From contig CAVRAI010000015.1 in assembly GCA_963718915.1 (NCBI GenBank), positions 720,001 to 752,000 on the forward strand: a stretch of 32,000 nt of DNA, given 5' to 3'. This document shows, piece after piece, positions 9,565 through 17,450 of this stretch; the first letter of the stretch is position 1, and each line of letters begins with the position of its first letter. Source of the stretch: an uncultured Chloroflexia bacterium (GTDB taxonomy: Bacteria; Chloroflexota; Ktedonobacteria; Ktedonobacterales; JADMIN01). Both the position numbers and the translations under genes were made by a program. The notes under the pieces are model-generated. The model saw only the letters and a program-made list of their open reading frames with translations, was not told the DNA's origin and made no database searches.

Positions 9565-10008
9565 TTACCGGAGCGCCAGTGAATGCCGCAGCTCGCTCAG
9601 CGCTGGATCGTAGACGAGCGCGCCTGCCCCGATGGCCGCGTTGTGCTGCTCGGCGCTCATCAGCGCGCAGTAGAGATCGGCGTGGCTAAGGTTGGCTCCG
9701 CGCAGGGTGACGCCTGTCATGTCAGCGCTAATCAACAATGCGTATGTGAGATCCGCGCACTGTAAATCGGCTCCGACCATAGACGCGCGCCGCAGATCGG
9801 TTGCCCGGAGCGATGCGCCCTCCAGCGCTGCGCCAGAAAGGTCTGCGCCCCAGAGCGACGCGCCGTTCAGGGTCGCGCCGCGCAGATCGGCGTTACGCAG
9901 GCGGATGCCTGTCAGCGTCAGATCGTTGAGTTGCGCGCCGCGCAGGTCAGCGTTCTCGAAGTTGCGCTCACCCGCCTGATAGCGGCGCTGTAGTTCCTGT
10001 ATGTGCAT
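9565..10008 (-). CDS. Pentapeptide-repeat protein
   Basis: Start refined to ATG 10008 (MHIQELQRRY...). Contains runs of A(D/N)LxG pentapeptides: ADLRGAQLNDLTLTGIRLRNADLRGATLNGASLWGADLSGAALEGASLRATDL... Confidence 0.85.
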   Translation of the reverse strand: MHIQELQRRYQAGERNFENADLRGAQLNDLTLTGIRLRNADLRGATLNGASLWGADLSGAALEGASLRATDLRRASMVGADLQCADLTYALLISADMTGVTLRGANLSHADLYCALMSAEQHNAAIGAGALVYDPALSELRHSLALR

Positions 10009-10275
10009 GAAAAAGAGTACTCCCCTCGTGTGTGAAAAACCTGGCGAATGGACGCAAAAAGCCCGCCTGACCCACGCCTGGGGTCCGACGGGCAACGCTG
10101 TCCACCTGAGATATGTTGTCGCGATTTTCGCGAACGATTCCGAAATGAGTGGCAGGCGTCGTCGCCTGCCGGAATACATATCACTATCAATTATAGGCCG
10201 AGAATCAAGACATCGCCCAGATGTCGAGACGGCGTTTTCATGAGCGCGATGTCAGTCCTCGGGCTGAGCTGGCAT

Positions 10276-10587
10276 TCATGCGGCATCACTCACGGCGGCC
10301 TTCCACTGGCGTCGCTGCCGTCGGAGTCTGATAAACAGGAAGATCTCTAGCAACAGCGCCACGATCAGCGCGAGGTGTAGCCAAACACTATCCGGCAAGT
10401 ATTCTTTGGGAGCAAAGAAGGCTCCAAAGATGAAAATAACAACGAAAATCGGCTGGATGAATCGCCCGAGGAATTGATCGAGTCCTTTGTCCGCAGGTCC
10501 GTCCATCACAAACGGACTCATCCATGAGTATAGGCTAAGGCCGAGAAGAACCATTCCCACCAAGAGCGGCCACGGATGAAAGTACAT
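10276..10587 (-). CDS. Small hypothetical integral membrane protein (103 aa, 3 predicted TM helices)
   Basis: ORF 36 bp downstream of rho on the same strand. Hydrophobic helices LLVGMVLLGLSLY, IQPIFVVIFIFGAFFA, LHLALIVALLLEIFLFI. Locally lower GC. No recognisable family. Confidence 0.5.
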   Translation of the reverse strand: MYFHPWPLLVGMVLLGLSLYSWMSPFVMDGPADKGLDQFLGRFIQPIFVVIFIFGAFFAPKEYLPDSVWLHLALIVALLLEIFLFIRLRRQRRQWKAAVSDAA

Positions 10588-10622
10588 GTAGCATCCTTTG
10601 TGCTCTACAGCACTTCCACCCG

Positions 10623-11885
10623 TTACGGCTGGATACTCTTCGTGATGTTCGCCAGGAACTCCTCGTTGTTCTGCGTCTTGGCCATCTGCGCCAGCATCGC
10701 CTCCATCGCCTCCATGCCCCGCTGCTCGGCCAGGGTGGCGAACATGCGGCGCATGACCACGACCGCCCGGAGCGCGTTCTCGTCCAGCAGCAGTTCCTCG
10801 CGGCGCGTGCCGGTGCGGGTGATGTCAATCGCTGGGAAGATACGCCGATCCGAGAGCTTGCGGTCGAGCGTGACCTCCATGTTGCCGGTGCCCTTGAACT
10901 CCTCATAGATGACGTCATCCATGCGGCTATTGGTATCTACTAGCACGGTGGCGACGATGGTCAGCGAGCCGCCCTCTTCGACGTTGCGCGCCGCGCCGAT
11001 GAAGCGCCGGGGCGGCGTAATTGCGGCGGGATCGAGGCCGCCAGAAAGCGTGCGCCCGCTGGACGCGACAGCGAGGTTATAGGCGCGGGTGAGCCGGGTA
11101 ATGCTATCGAGCAGCACCACCACATCCTTGCCGCCCTCCACCAGTCGCTTGGCGCGCTCGTTGACGATCTCGGCGACGTGGACGTGCGCCTCTGGCTCCT
11201 CGTCGAAGGTCGAGCTATAGATCTCGGCCTTGACGCTCCGGCGCATATCGGTCACCTCTTCGGGCCGCTCGCCGATCAGCGCGATCATCAACTGCACGTC
11301 GTTATAGTTGGCCAGGATCGAGTTGGCGATGGTCTTGAGCAGCAGCGTCTTGCCTGCCTTGGGCGGCGCGACGATCAGGCCGCGCTGGCCGCGCCCGATG
11401 GGCGAGAGCAGGTTGATGAGGCGCCCGGTGATGTTGGCGGCGTCGGTCTCCAGATCGAACATCTGGCGCGGGAAGATTGGCGTCAGGCCATCGAAGTTGG
11501 GGCGGTGCTTGGCGGCTTCCGGATCCATGCCGTTGACTGCCTCGACGCGCAGCAGGCCGAAAAACTTCTCGTTGTCCTTTGGGGGGCGCACCTGGCCAGA
11601 GACCATGTCGCCTGTGCGCAGGCCAAAGCGGCGAATCTGCGTCTGCGAGACGTAGACATCCATTCCGCCGGGCATAAAGCGCCCGCGCCGCAGGAAGCCG
11701 AAGCCTTCCTCGACGATTTCGAGGACGCCCGCGCTGAAGATGTTGCCCTGGCGCTCGGTCTCCGCCTGGAGCAGACGAAAGATCAGTTCCTGCTTGCGGA
11801 GCGCCGTATAGCCAGAAAGGTCGCGGTCGCGGGCAATGTCGCGTAATTCGCCGACAGTTTTCGTTTCTAGTTCGGTAATATTCAT
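10623..11885 (-). CDS. rho: Transcription termination factor Rho
   Basis: N-terminal MNITELETKTVGELRDIARDRDLSGYTALRKQELIFRLL, followed by an OB/RNA-binding region (GFGFLR). Walker A PPKAGKT, Walker B VVVLLDSITRLTRAYN. 420 aa. Confidence 0.97.
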   Translation of the reverse strand: MNITELETKTVGELRDIARDRDLSGYTALRKQELIFRLLQAETERQGNIFSAGVLEIVEEGFGFLRRGRFMPGGMDVYVSQTQIRRFGLRTGDMVSGQVRPPKDNEKFFGLLRVEAVNGMDPEAAKHRPNFDGLTPIFPRQMFDLETDAANITGRLINLLSPIGRGQRGLIVAPPKAGKTLLLKTIANSILANYNDVQLMIALIGERPEEVTDMRRSVKAEIYSSTFDEEPEAHVHVAEIVNERAKRLVEGGKDVVVLLDSITRLTRAYNLAVASSGRTLSGGLDPAAITPPRRFIGAARNVEEGGSLTIVATVLVDTNSRMDDVIYEEFKGTGNMEVTLDRKLSDRRIFPAIDITRTGTRREELLLDENALRAVVVMRRMFATLAEQRGMEAMEAMLAQMAKTQNNEEFLANITKSIQP

Positions 11886-12487
11886 GGTATGTGCATTCGA
11901 GAGCCGGGGTGTGGTGGTTCACGCGCCAGTATCCAGGGGCGGATAGCGCTGAATCGCGGCTCTGTCTCCTTTCAGTGAACGAATTGTTGGGGTGTTTTGA
12001 AGGATCTCTTTGATAGGGAATACGACACTGCTACGGGCGTCGTTCAACACACTTCTCTATGCAGCCATACCGCCGGAACATCATGAAACGGCGAGCATTG
12101 CATGTGTGGGGAGGGGGTTGCCCCCCAATAGCCAGGAGCAAATGTACACGGAGATATCTGCCAGCAAGCCAACGCACGCTCCACGCGCCAGTGGTGTGAG
12201 ACATGCTCTCTAGTGATATATCACGTACGAGCCGCGATGTCAAGCACAGTGGCGGCAAGCATGGGCTATATGACTGGCGCTGACTATGACTGTTGGTGGA
12301 TGGGCGCCGCGCCGCAGGGCTTATGAACATTCACTTATTACTCCGAACACATTGCGTTGTCGTGAGGCGAGGCAGGCCGTAGCGTCAACGCTACGGCGAA
12401 TTTCCGCATCTCAACCCCATTCGCCGGGGCCTTTGGGCTTCCAGCATGCTCGCCCCAGCACACTGTACGGTGTTCATTCTAAAAGTT

Positions 12488-12507
12488 CATCAGCCTGCGG
12501 CTAATCC
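12488..12507 (-). repeat. Half copy of REP-like module 2 (GGATTAGCCGCAGG...)
   Basis: The plus strand reads TCAGCCTGCGGCTAATCC, the reverse complement of the GGATTAGCCGCAGGCTGA motif seen at 19827 and 31217. Confidence 0.5.
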
Positions 12508-12635
12508 TGGGGCGAGCGCACCGCTTTGGATGGCAAAGATTGGCATGGTAGCATCTTCTTGCTTTCTCTACTGATTTCCATGCATACTGTGCGCATGCGG
12601 CGACACTGCTCCCCCGCCGCACGGAGGCGCGCTCT

Positions 12636-15586
12636 ATGAGCCAGACGACTATGACTCCGGCGACCGACTCGCCAGCACCGAAACCACCACCGCCGCAATC
12701 GCCGGGTTTCTGGCGTTCGCTGGCGCGTGGCTTTCTTGGACTATGGTGGGTCTTTGTCGTCGCGCTGGCCGCTGGCGTCGCGTCGTATCTTGGCAACCAT
12801 GCCGGGCCGCTGGTCTTGCCGATCATCCCGCAGGTCGTCGCCTGGGCGCGCGCGCTGACGCTTCCCGCGCAGGTTGGGCTGGCGATCCTGATTCTGGCAT
12901 TGCTTGCGCTGATGGGCTGGCTGACGTACCTTGCCTGGCAGCATCGCCAGCGGCAGGCGGCGGAGGAGGTGGAGGCGAACGTTGCCCAGCAGGCAGCGGC
13001 CTTCACCCAGACGATGGAACATGACGTCAATCCGCGACTCGACAACATCGGGGCCACGGTGGACGAGACCAGCCGTGATGTGAAGACGCTGATTCAAGAA
13101 GGGCAGAGCGCGCCGCTGCCGCTCGTCCGCGATCTCGACCGCGTCAGCTTCAGGATGGGCGACCGCGCCGCCGCCAATTTCAGATATGTCTATGGGCCGG
13201 TGCGCGCTATCTTCGACCAGGCAACGGCTACACTGCATGACGCCGCTCAGTATATCGGGGCGAAGCAGGGCATTCTGGTGACGGGCGCGGCCAACGCGGG
13301 CAAGACCCGCCTGGGACTCGAAGCGCTCATCGCGGCGCTGCCCGACTGGGATACACTCGTCTGGAATGTTGGCGATGGCGAGAGCAGGATACCATCGGCG
13401 AAACAACTGGAAGGGCGCAGCGTCGCCGTCTTCCTCGACGACATCCAGAACTACGCCGCTGGTGGCGACATCGCGAGTGGTTCGGATGGGCGATCAGCTC
13501 AATCGTCGGTCGCTGGCCCAGGGGCGACCTTGCGGACACTCTATCAGCGCGTCTGCCAGGACTCCGCTCATGTCGTCATCGTCGCCACTTGTCGCCATGA
13601 GGACCAGAAAGCCGCCGAGGGTAGCCTGGGCTGGTTTTTCGAGAAGCTCGACGAAGTAGCGATCCCCACGTTCAACCGTGATGAAGGGTCATTGGAGGCG
13701 CGGGAAATCATCGCCGAGTTCGCGGAGCAAGGCGCGATTCGCGACGAGTGGAACGGCACGCTCGGCTCGCTGGTGCTCGGCCTGGGCCGCAAACGCCAGC
13801 AATATAGAGACCTGGTGCTTCAGCATAATCCCGATAATCCTGCCGTCCCCGTGCTGCGCGCGATGAAGCTGCTGACCATTGGTGGCGTCCTCGATCTGAC
13901 GGGAAGCCGCGTGCGCGCCGTCTGCGACCAGATGCTGCACAGGTCATCGCTGGCAGTGTTGGGCGAAGCATGGGATGACGCGCTTGAGGAGTTGAAACGC
14001 CTGGAGTTCGTCGCGATTACCCCGACCGATGATGGCGACGTGCGGGTGGCGATTCTCAAGGATGATTACTTCAAATATGTCGTGGACGACTATCCGGAGG
14101 ACTACCAGCTTCAGCAACACCGCGCTGGCCTATTGAATGTGCTGGTATCGCTCAAAGACGACGATGCCCTGTTCGATCTGGGTAATGGATTCTACTTTGA
14201 CGATCTATTTACCTCGGCCCTCGCCGCCTACGAGCAGGCGATCCGCCTCAACCCGACAATGCCACCGCCTATAACAACATGGGCACGACCCTCGGCAAGC
14301 TCGAACGCTACGCCGAGGCCCTCGCCGCCTACGAGCAGGCGATCCGCCTCAACCCGACCGATGCCACCGCCTATTACAACATGGGCACGACCCTCGGCAA
14401 GCTCGAACGCTACGCCGAGGCCCTCGCCGCCTACGAGCAGCGATCCGCCTCAACCCGACCGATGCCACCGCCTATAACAACATGGGCAATACCCTCGATA
14501 CGCTCGAACGCTACGCCGAGGCCCTCGCCGCCTACGAGCAGGCGATCCGCCTCAACCCGACCGATGCACCGCCTATAACAACATGGGCACGACCCTCGGC
14601 AAGCTCGAACGCTACGCCGAGGCCCTCGCCGCCTACGAGCAGGCGATCCGCCTCAACCCGACCGATGCCACCGCCTATAACAACATGGGCACGACCCTCG
14701 GCAAGCTCGAACGCTACGCCGAGGCCCTCGCCGCCTACGAGCAGGCGATCCGCCTCAACCCGACATATGCCACCGCCTATAACAACATGGGCACGACCCT
14801 CGATACGCTCGAACGCTACGCCGAGGCCCTCGCCGCCTACGAGCAGGCGATCCGCCTCAACCCGACCGATGCCACCGCCTATAACAACATGGGCAATACC
14901 CTCGGCAAGCTCGAACGCTACGCCGAGGCCCTCGCCGCCTACGAGCAGGCGATCCGCCTCAACCCGACCGATGCCACCGCCTATAACAACATGGGCACGA
15001 CCCTCGATACGCTCGAACGCTACGCCGAGGCCCTCGCCGCCTACGAGCAGGCGATCCGCCTCAACCCGACATATGCCACCGCCTATAACAACATGGGCAA
15101 TACCCTCGATACGCTCGAACGCTACGCCGAGGCCCTCGCCGCCTACGAGCAGGCGATCCGCCTCAACCCGACATATGCCACCGCCTATAACAACATGGGC
15201 AATACCCTCGGCAAGCTCGAACGCTACGCCGAGGCCCTCGCCGCCTACGAGCAGGCGATCCGCCTCAACCCGACCTATGCCACCGCCTATAACAACATGG
15301 GCACGACCCTCGATACGCTCGAACGCTACGCCGAGGCCCTCCAAGCATTCGAGGAAGCCATCAAACTCGATCCCAACAGTGCAGGCGCCTGGCGTAACAA
15401 GAGTGTTACGCTGGCTCTACAGGAACAGTTCGATGAGGCGCTTATCGCCTGTGACAAAGCGATTGAATTGGCCCACAAGACGCCAATGGCTGGAAGTTAA
15501 AAGCCGCGATCCTCGATGAGCTTGGGCGTGAGGATGAGGCGCGCGCCGCCGAGGAACGGGCGAAACAACTGGAAGAGCTATATTAG
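12636..15586 (+). pseudogene. Membrane-anchored P-loop NTPase fused to a TPR array of about 14 repeats (STAND/NLR-like); reading frame interrupted by four 1-nt deletions
   Basis: ATG 12636 with GGAGG 8 nt upstream. TM helices at aa ~33-52 and ~80-100. Walker A GAANAGKT (13284-13307) and Walker B VAVFLDD (13422-13442). The TPR reading continues across four ORF-track fragments (12636.., 14279.., 14482.., 14583..) and a fifth frame that encodes PQDANGWKLKAAILDELGREDEARAAEERAKQLEELY and ends at TAG 15584-15586. Frame shifts 0>2>1>0>2 occur at about 14259, 14441, 14568 and 15472. Confidence 0.75.
14216..15341 (+). repeat. Tandem array of 11 near-identical 102-bp units, each encoding one 34-aa TPR
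   Basis: Units begin at 14261, 14363, 14464, 14566, 14667, 14769, 14871, 14973, 15075, 15177 and 15279. The spacing is 102 bp except where a base is missing. Consensus: ATAYNNMG[T/N]TL[GK/DT]LERYAEALAAYEQAIRLNPT[D/Y]. Confidence 0.95.
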
Positions 15587-15640
15587 CACACCTTAATACA
15601 GCGACACACCGCCTTCATCCTCTTTTTGTGAAATAGTCCA

Positions 15641-15669
15641 TTGTCGCCCTTCCATCGCCGTGGTATAAT
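15641..15669 (+). promoter_or_regulatory. Promoter of the nadBCA operon
   Basis: TTGTCG (15641-15646), a 17-bp spacer, then TATAAT (15664-15669), in an AT-richer gap about 130 nt upstream of the nadB ATG. Confidence 0.6.
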
Positions 15670-15682
15670 TCCCAACATGAGT

Positions 15683-15701
15683 TAGTGTATCACGTACACT
15701 A
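15683..15701. promoter_or_regulatory. Inverted-repeat operator candidate just downstream of the nad promoter -10 box
   Basis: TAGTGTA-N5-TACACTA has perfect 7-bp arms and starts 14 bp after the -10 hexamer, so it overlaps the expected transcription start region. Confidence 0.5.
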
Positions 15702-15797
15702 AACACTAACAGATGTTTAACGGTGACGGATGGCACGCTGTTGGCGCCGTCCGTGAGGGCAGTGAAGACCGTTCATTGCCTGAATGAGGAGTCATAG

Positions 15798-17450
15798 ATG
15801 ACCGCGCCAACGGAGAAAGATATTCCTGTAGTGTGTGATGTCGCCATCATCGGCGGCGGCATCGCCGGATTGACTGTCGCACTGAATATGCCTGAGAGCT
15901 TGCGCGTCGTCCTGATGACCAAGGCGGCGCTCGGCGAGAGCAATACCCGCTACGCGCAAGGTGGACTCGCCGCTGCCGTTGGCCCCGACGACGATCCTGA
16001 GTTGCACCTGCACGACACGCTGGCGGCAGGCGCGGGGCTGGTAGACGAGACGGCAACCGGGGTGCTGGTGCGCGAGGCGCGCGACGCCGTCGCCTGGCTG
16101 ATCGCGGAGGGCGCGCGCTTCGACGAGCAGGCGAACGCCACAGAGACAGTGCGGGACGACCTGGCCCACCGCTACGATCTGGCCCGCGAGGCCGCGCACA
16201 GCCGCCGCCGGGTGCTGCATGCACGCGACGCTACTGGCGCCGAGATCGAGCGGGCGCTGGTCGCCGCGATTCGTGCCCGGCCCGGCGCGCTGGTTCTCGA
16301 AGATACGCAGGCGCTCGATCTGGCCTTGGGCGATGGCGCGTGCGTTGGCGTGGACGTGTTCCATGGCGGCGAGACCCGGCGCATTCTGGCGCGGGGCGGC
16401 GTTGTGCTGGCGAATGGCGGCGCGGGCCAGCTCTGGCTGCGCACGTCGAATCCAACGGGGGCGACGGCCGACGGCCTGGCGCTGGCGTGGCGCGCGGGCG
16501 CGGTGGTCAGCGATGTCGAGTTTGTACAGTTCCATCCCACCACGCTCGTCTCGCCGTCGGGTGAGACGTTCCTCATCTCCGAGGCGGTGCGCGGTGAGGG
16601 CGCCTGGCTGCGTAACGCGGCGGGCGAGCGCTTCATGACGCGCTACTCGTCGGACGCTGAATTGGCCCCGCGCGATGTCGTCGCCCGCGCCATCCTCAGC
16701 GAGATGCTGGCCGAGAACGCGCCATCGGCTTTCCTCGATCTGCGCCATCTGCCCGAACACGAGGTCTACGAGCGCTTCCCGACGATTGCCGCCGCCTGCC
16801 GCAGAGACGGCCTCGATCTTGCCCACGATCTGATTCCCGTCGCACCTGCCGCGCACTACTTCATGGGCGGAGTGACGGTGGACACCTGGGGGCGGACGAC
16901 CGTTCCCGGCCTCTTCGCGGTCGGCGAGGTATCGTGTACCGGCGTGCATGGCGCGAATCGGCTTGCCAGCAATTCGCTGTTGGAGGGGCTGGTCTTTGGC
17001 CGCAGGGTCGCATCGGTGCTGGCGGGCGTGGCGAATCCGGGCGACTGGCCGACGACCTCACCGCTGCCCGGCGTCCAGCGTGACACTGCCGCTATAGTGC
17101 TGCCCGAACGCTCGCTGACCGCGCATGTCGCCGAGGCGATACGCCAGCAGTTGCGTGCGACGATGTGGCGCGATGTCTCGCTGCGCCGCGACGCGCAGGG
17201 GCTGACTGAGGCGGGTGAGACGCTGCGCAGACTGTCGGCGTCCGGCCCGGTGGACCCAGAGACGGCGAATATGCTGCTGGCGGCGCAACTGATTGCGACG
17301 GCGGCGCTGGCACGCGAGGAGAGCCGCGGCGGCCACTTCCGCGAGGACTTCCCCAACCGTGATACGGCACTCGACGGCGTCCATTCGCTGCTGCATGCCG
17401 CGACGGTCGTTGCCCCGTGGGAAGAGCAAGAGGCGGCGGCCCATGCCTGA
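15798..17450 (+). CDS. nadB: L-aspartate oxidase
   Basis: FAD-binding DVAIIGGGIAGL; then YAQGG, RDATGAEI, HPT, and RLASNSLLEGLVFG...EESRGGHFRED, typical of the NadB/succinate-dehydrogenase flavoprotein family. GAGGAG RBS upstream. Confidence 0.95.
   Translation: MTAPTEKDIPVVCDVAIIGGGIAGLTVALNMPESLRVVLMTKAALGESNTRYAQGGLAAAVGPDDDPELHLHDTLAAGAGLVDETATGVLVREARDAVAWLIAEGARFDEQANATETVRDDLAHRYDLAREAAHSRRRVLHARDATGAEIERALVAAIRARPGALVLEDTQALDLALGDGACVGVDVFHGGETRRILARGGVVLANGGAGQLWLRTSNPTGATADGLALAWRAGAVVSDVEFVQFHPTTLVSPSGETFLISEAVRGEGAWLRNAAGERFMTRYSSDAELAPRDVVARAILSEMLAENAPSAFLDLRHLPEHEVYERFPTIAAACRRDGLDLAHDLIPVAPAAHYFMGGVTVDTWGRTTVPGLFAVGEVSCTGVHGANRLASNSLLEGLVFGRRVASVLAGVANPGDWPTTSPLPGVQRDTAAIVLPERSLTAHVAEAIRQQLRATMWRDVSLRRDAQGLTEAGETLRRLSASGPVDPETANMLLAAQLIATAALAREESRGGHFREDFPNRDTALDGVHSLLHAATVVAPWEEQEAAAHA

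Noticed and set aside
9547-9573. 8-bp-stem hairpin CTCCGGTA-N11-TACCGGAG at the 3' end of the pentapeptide-repeat gene, considered as a terminator
   Set aside because: It overlaps the stop codon, and no T-rich tract follows it on the transcribed (minus) strand. That is not enough to call an intrinsic terminator.
11178-11922. ORFs of 222 aa (+) and 206 aa (-) overlapping rho
   Set aside because: They lie in alternative frames of a strongly supported rho gene, and their composition is typical of GC-driven spurious ORFs.
14216-15341. Regularly spaced direct repeats that could be mistaken for a CRISPR array
   Set aside because: The units are contiguous 102-bp coding repeats with no unique spacers. 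They translate into TPR motifs, and no cas genes are present.
14532-15344. 270-aa antisense ORF across the repeat array
   Set aside because: It is open only because a stop-free 102-bp unit is repeated. It has no start context and no recognisable fold, and it lies opposite a clearly coding strand.
14482-15519. 345-aa ORF encoding a Pro/Ser/Thr-rich periodic protein (PPITTWARPSASSNATPRPSPPTSRRSASTRP...)
   Set aside because: It is the TPR array read out of frame. The in-frame reading gives canonical TPR residues at positions 4/7/8/11/20/24/27/32, so the alternative frame is an artefact of the periodic DNA.
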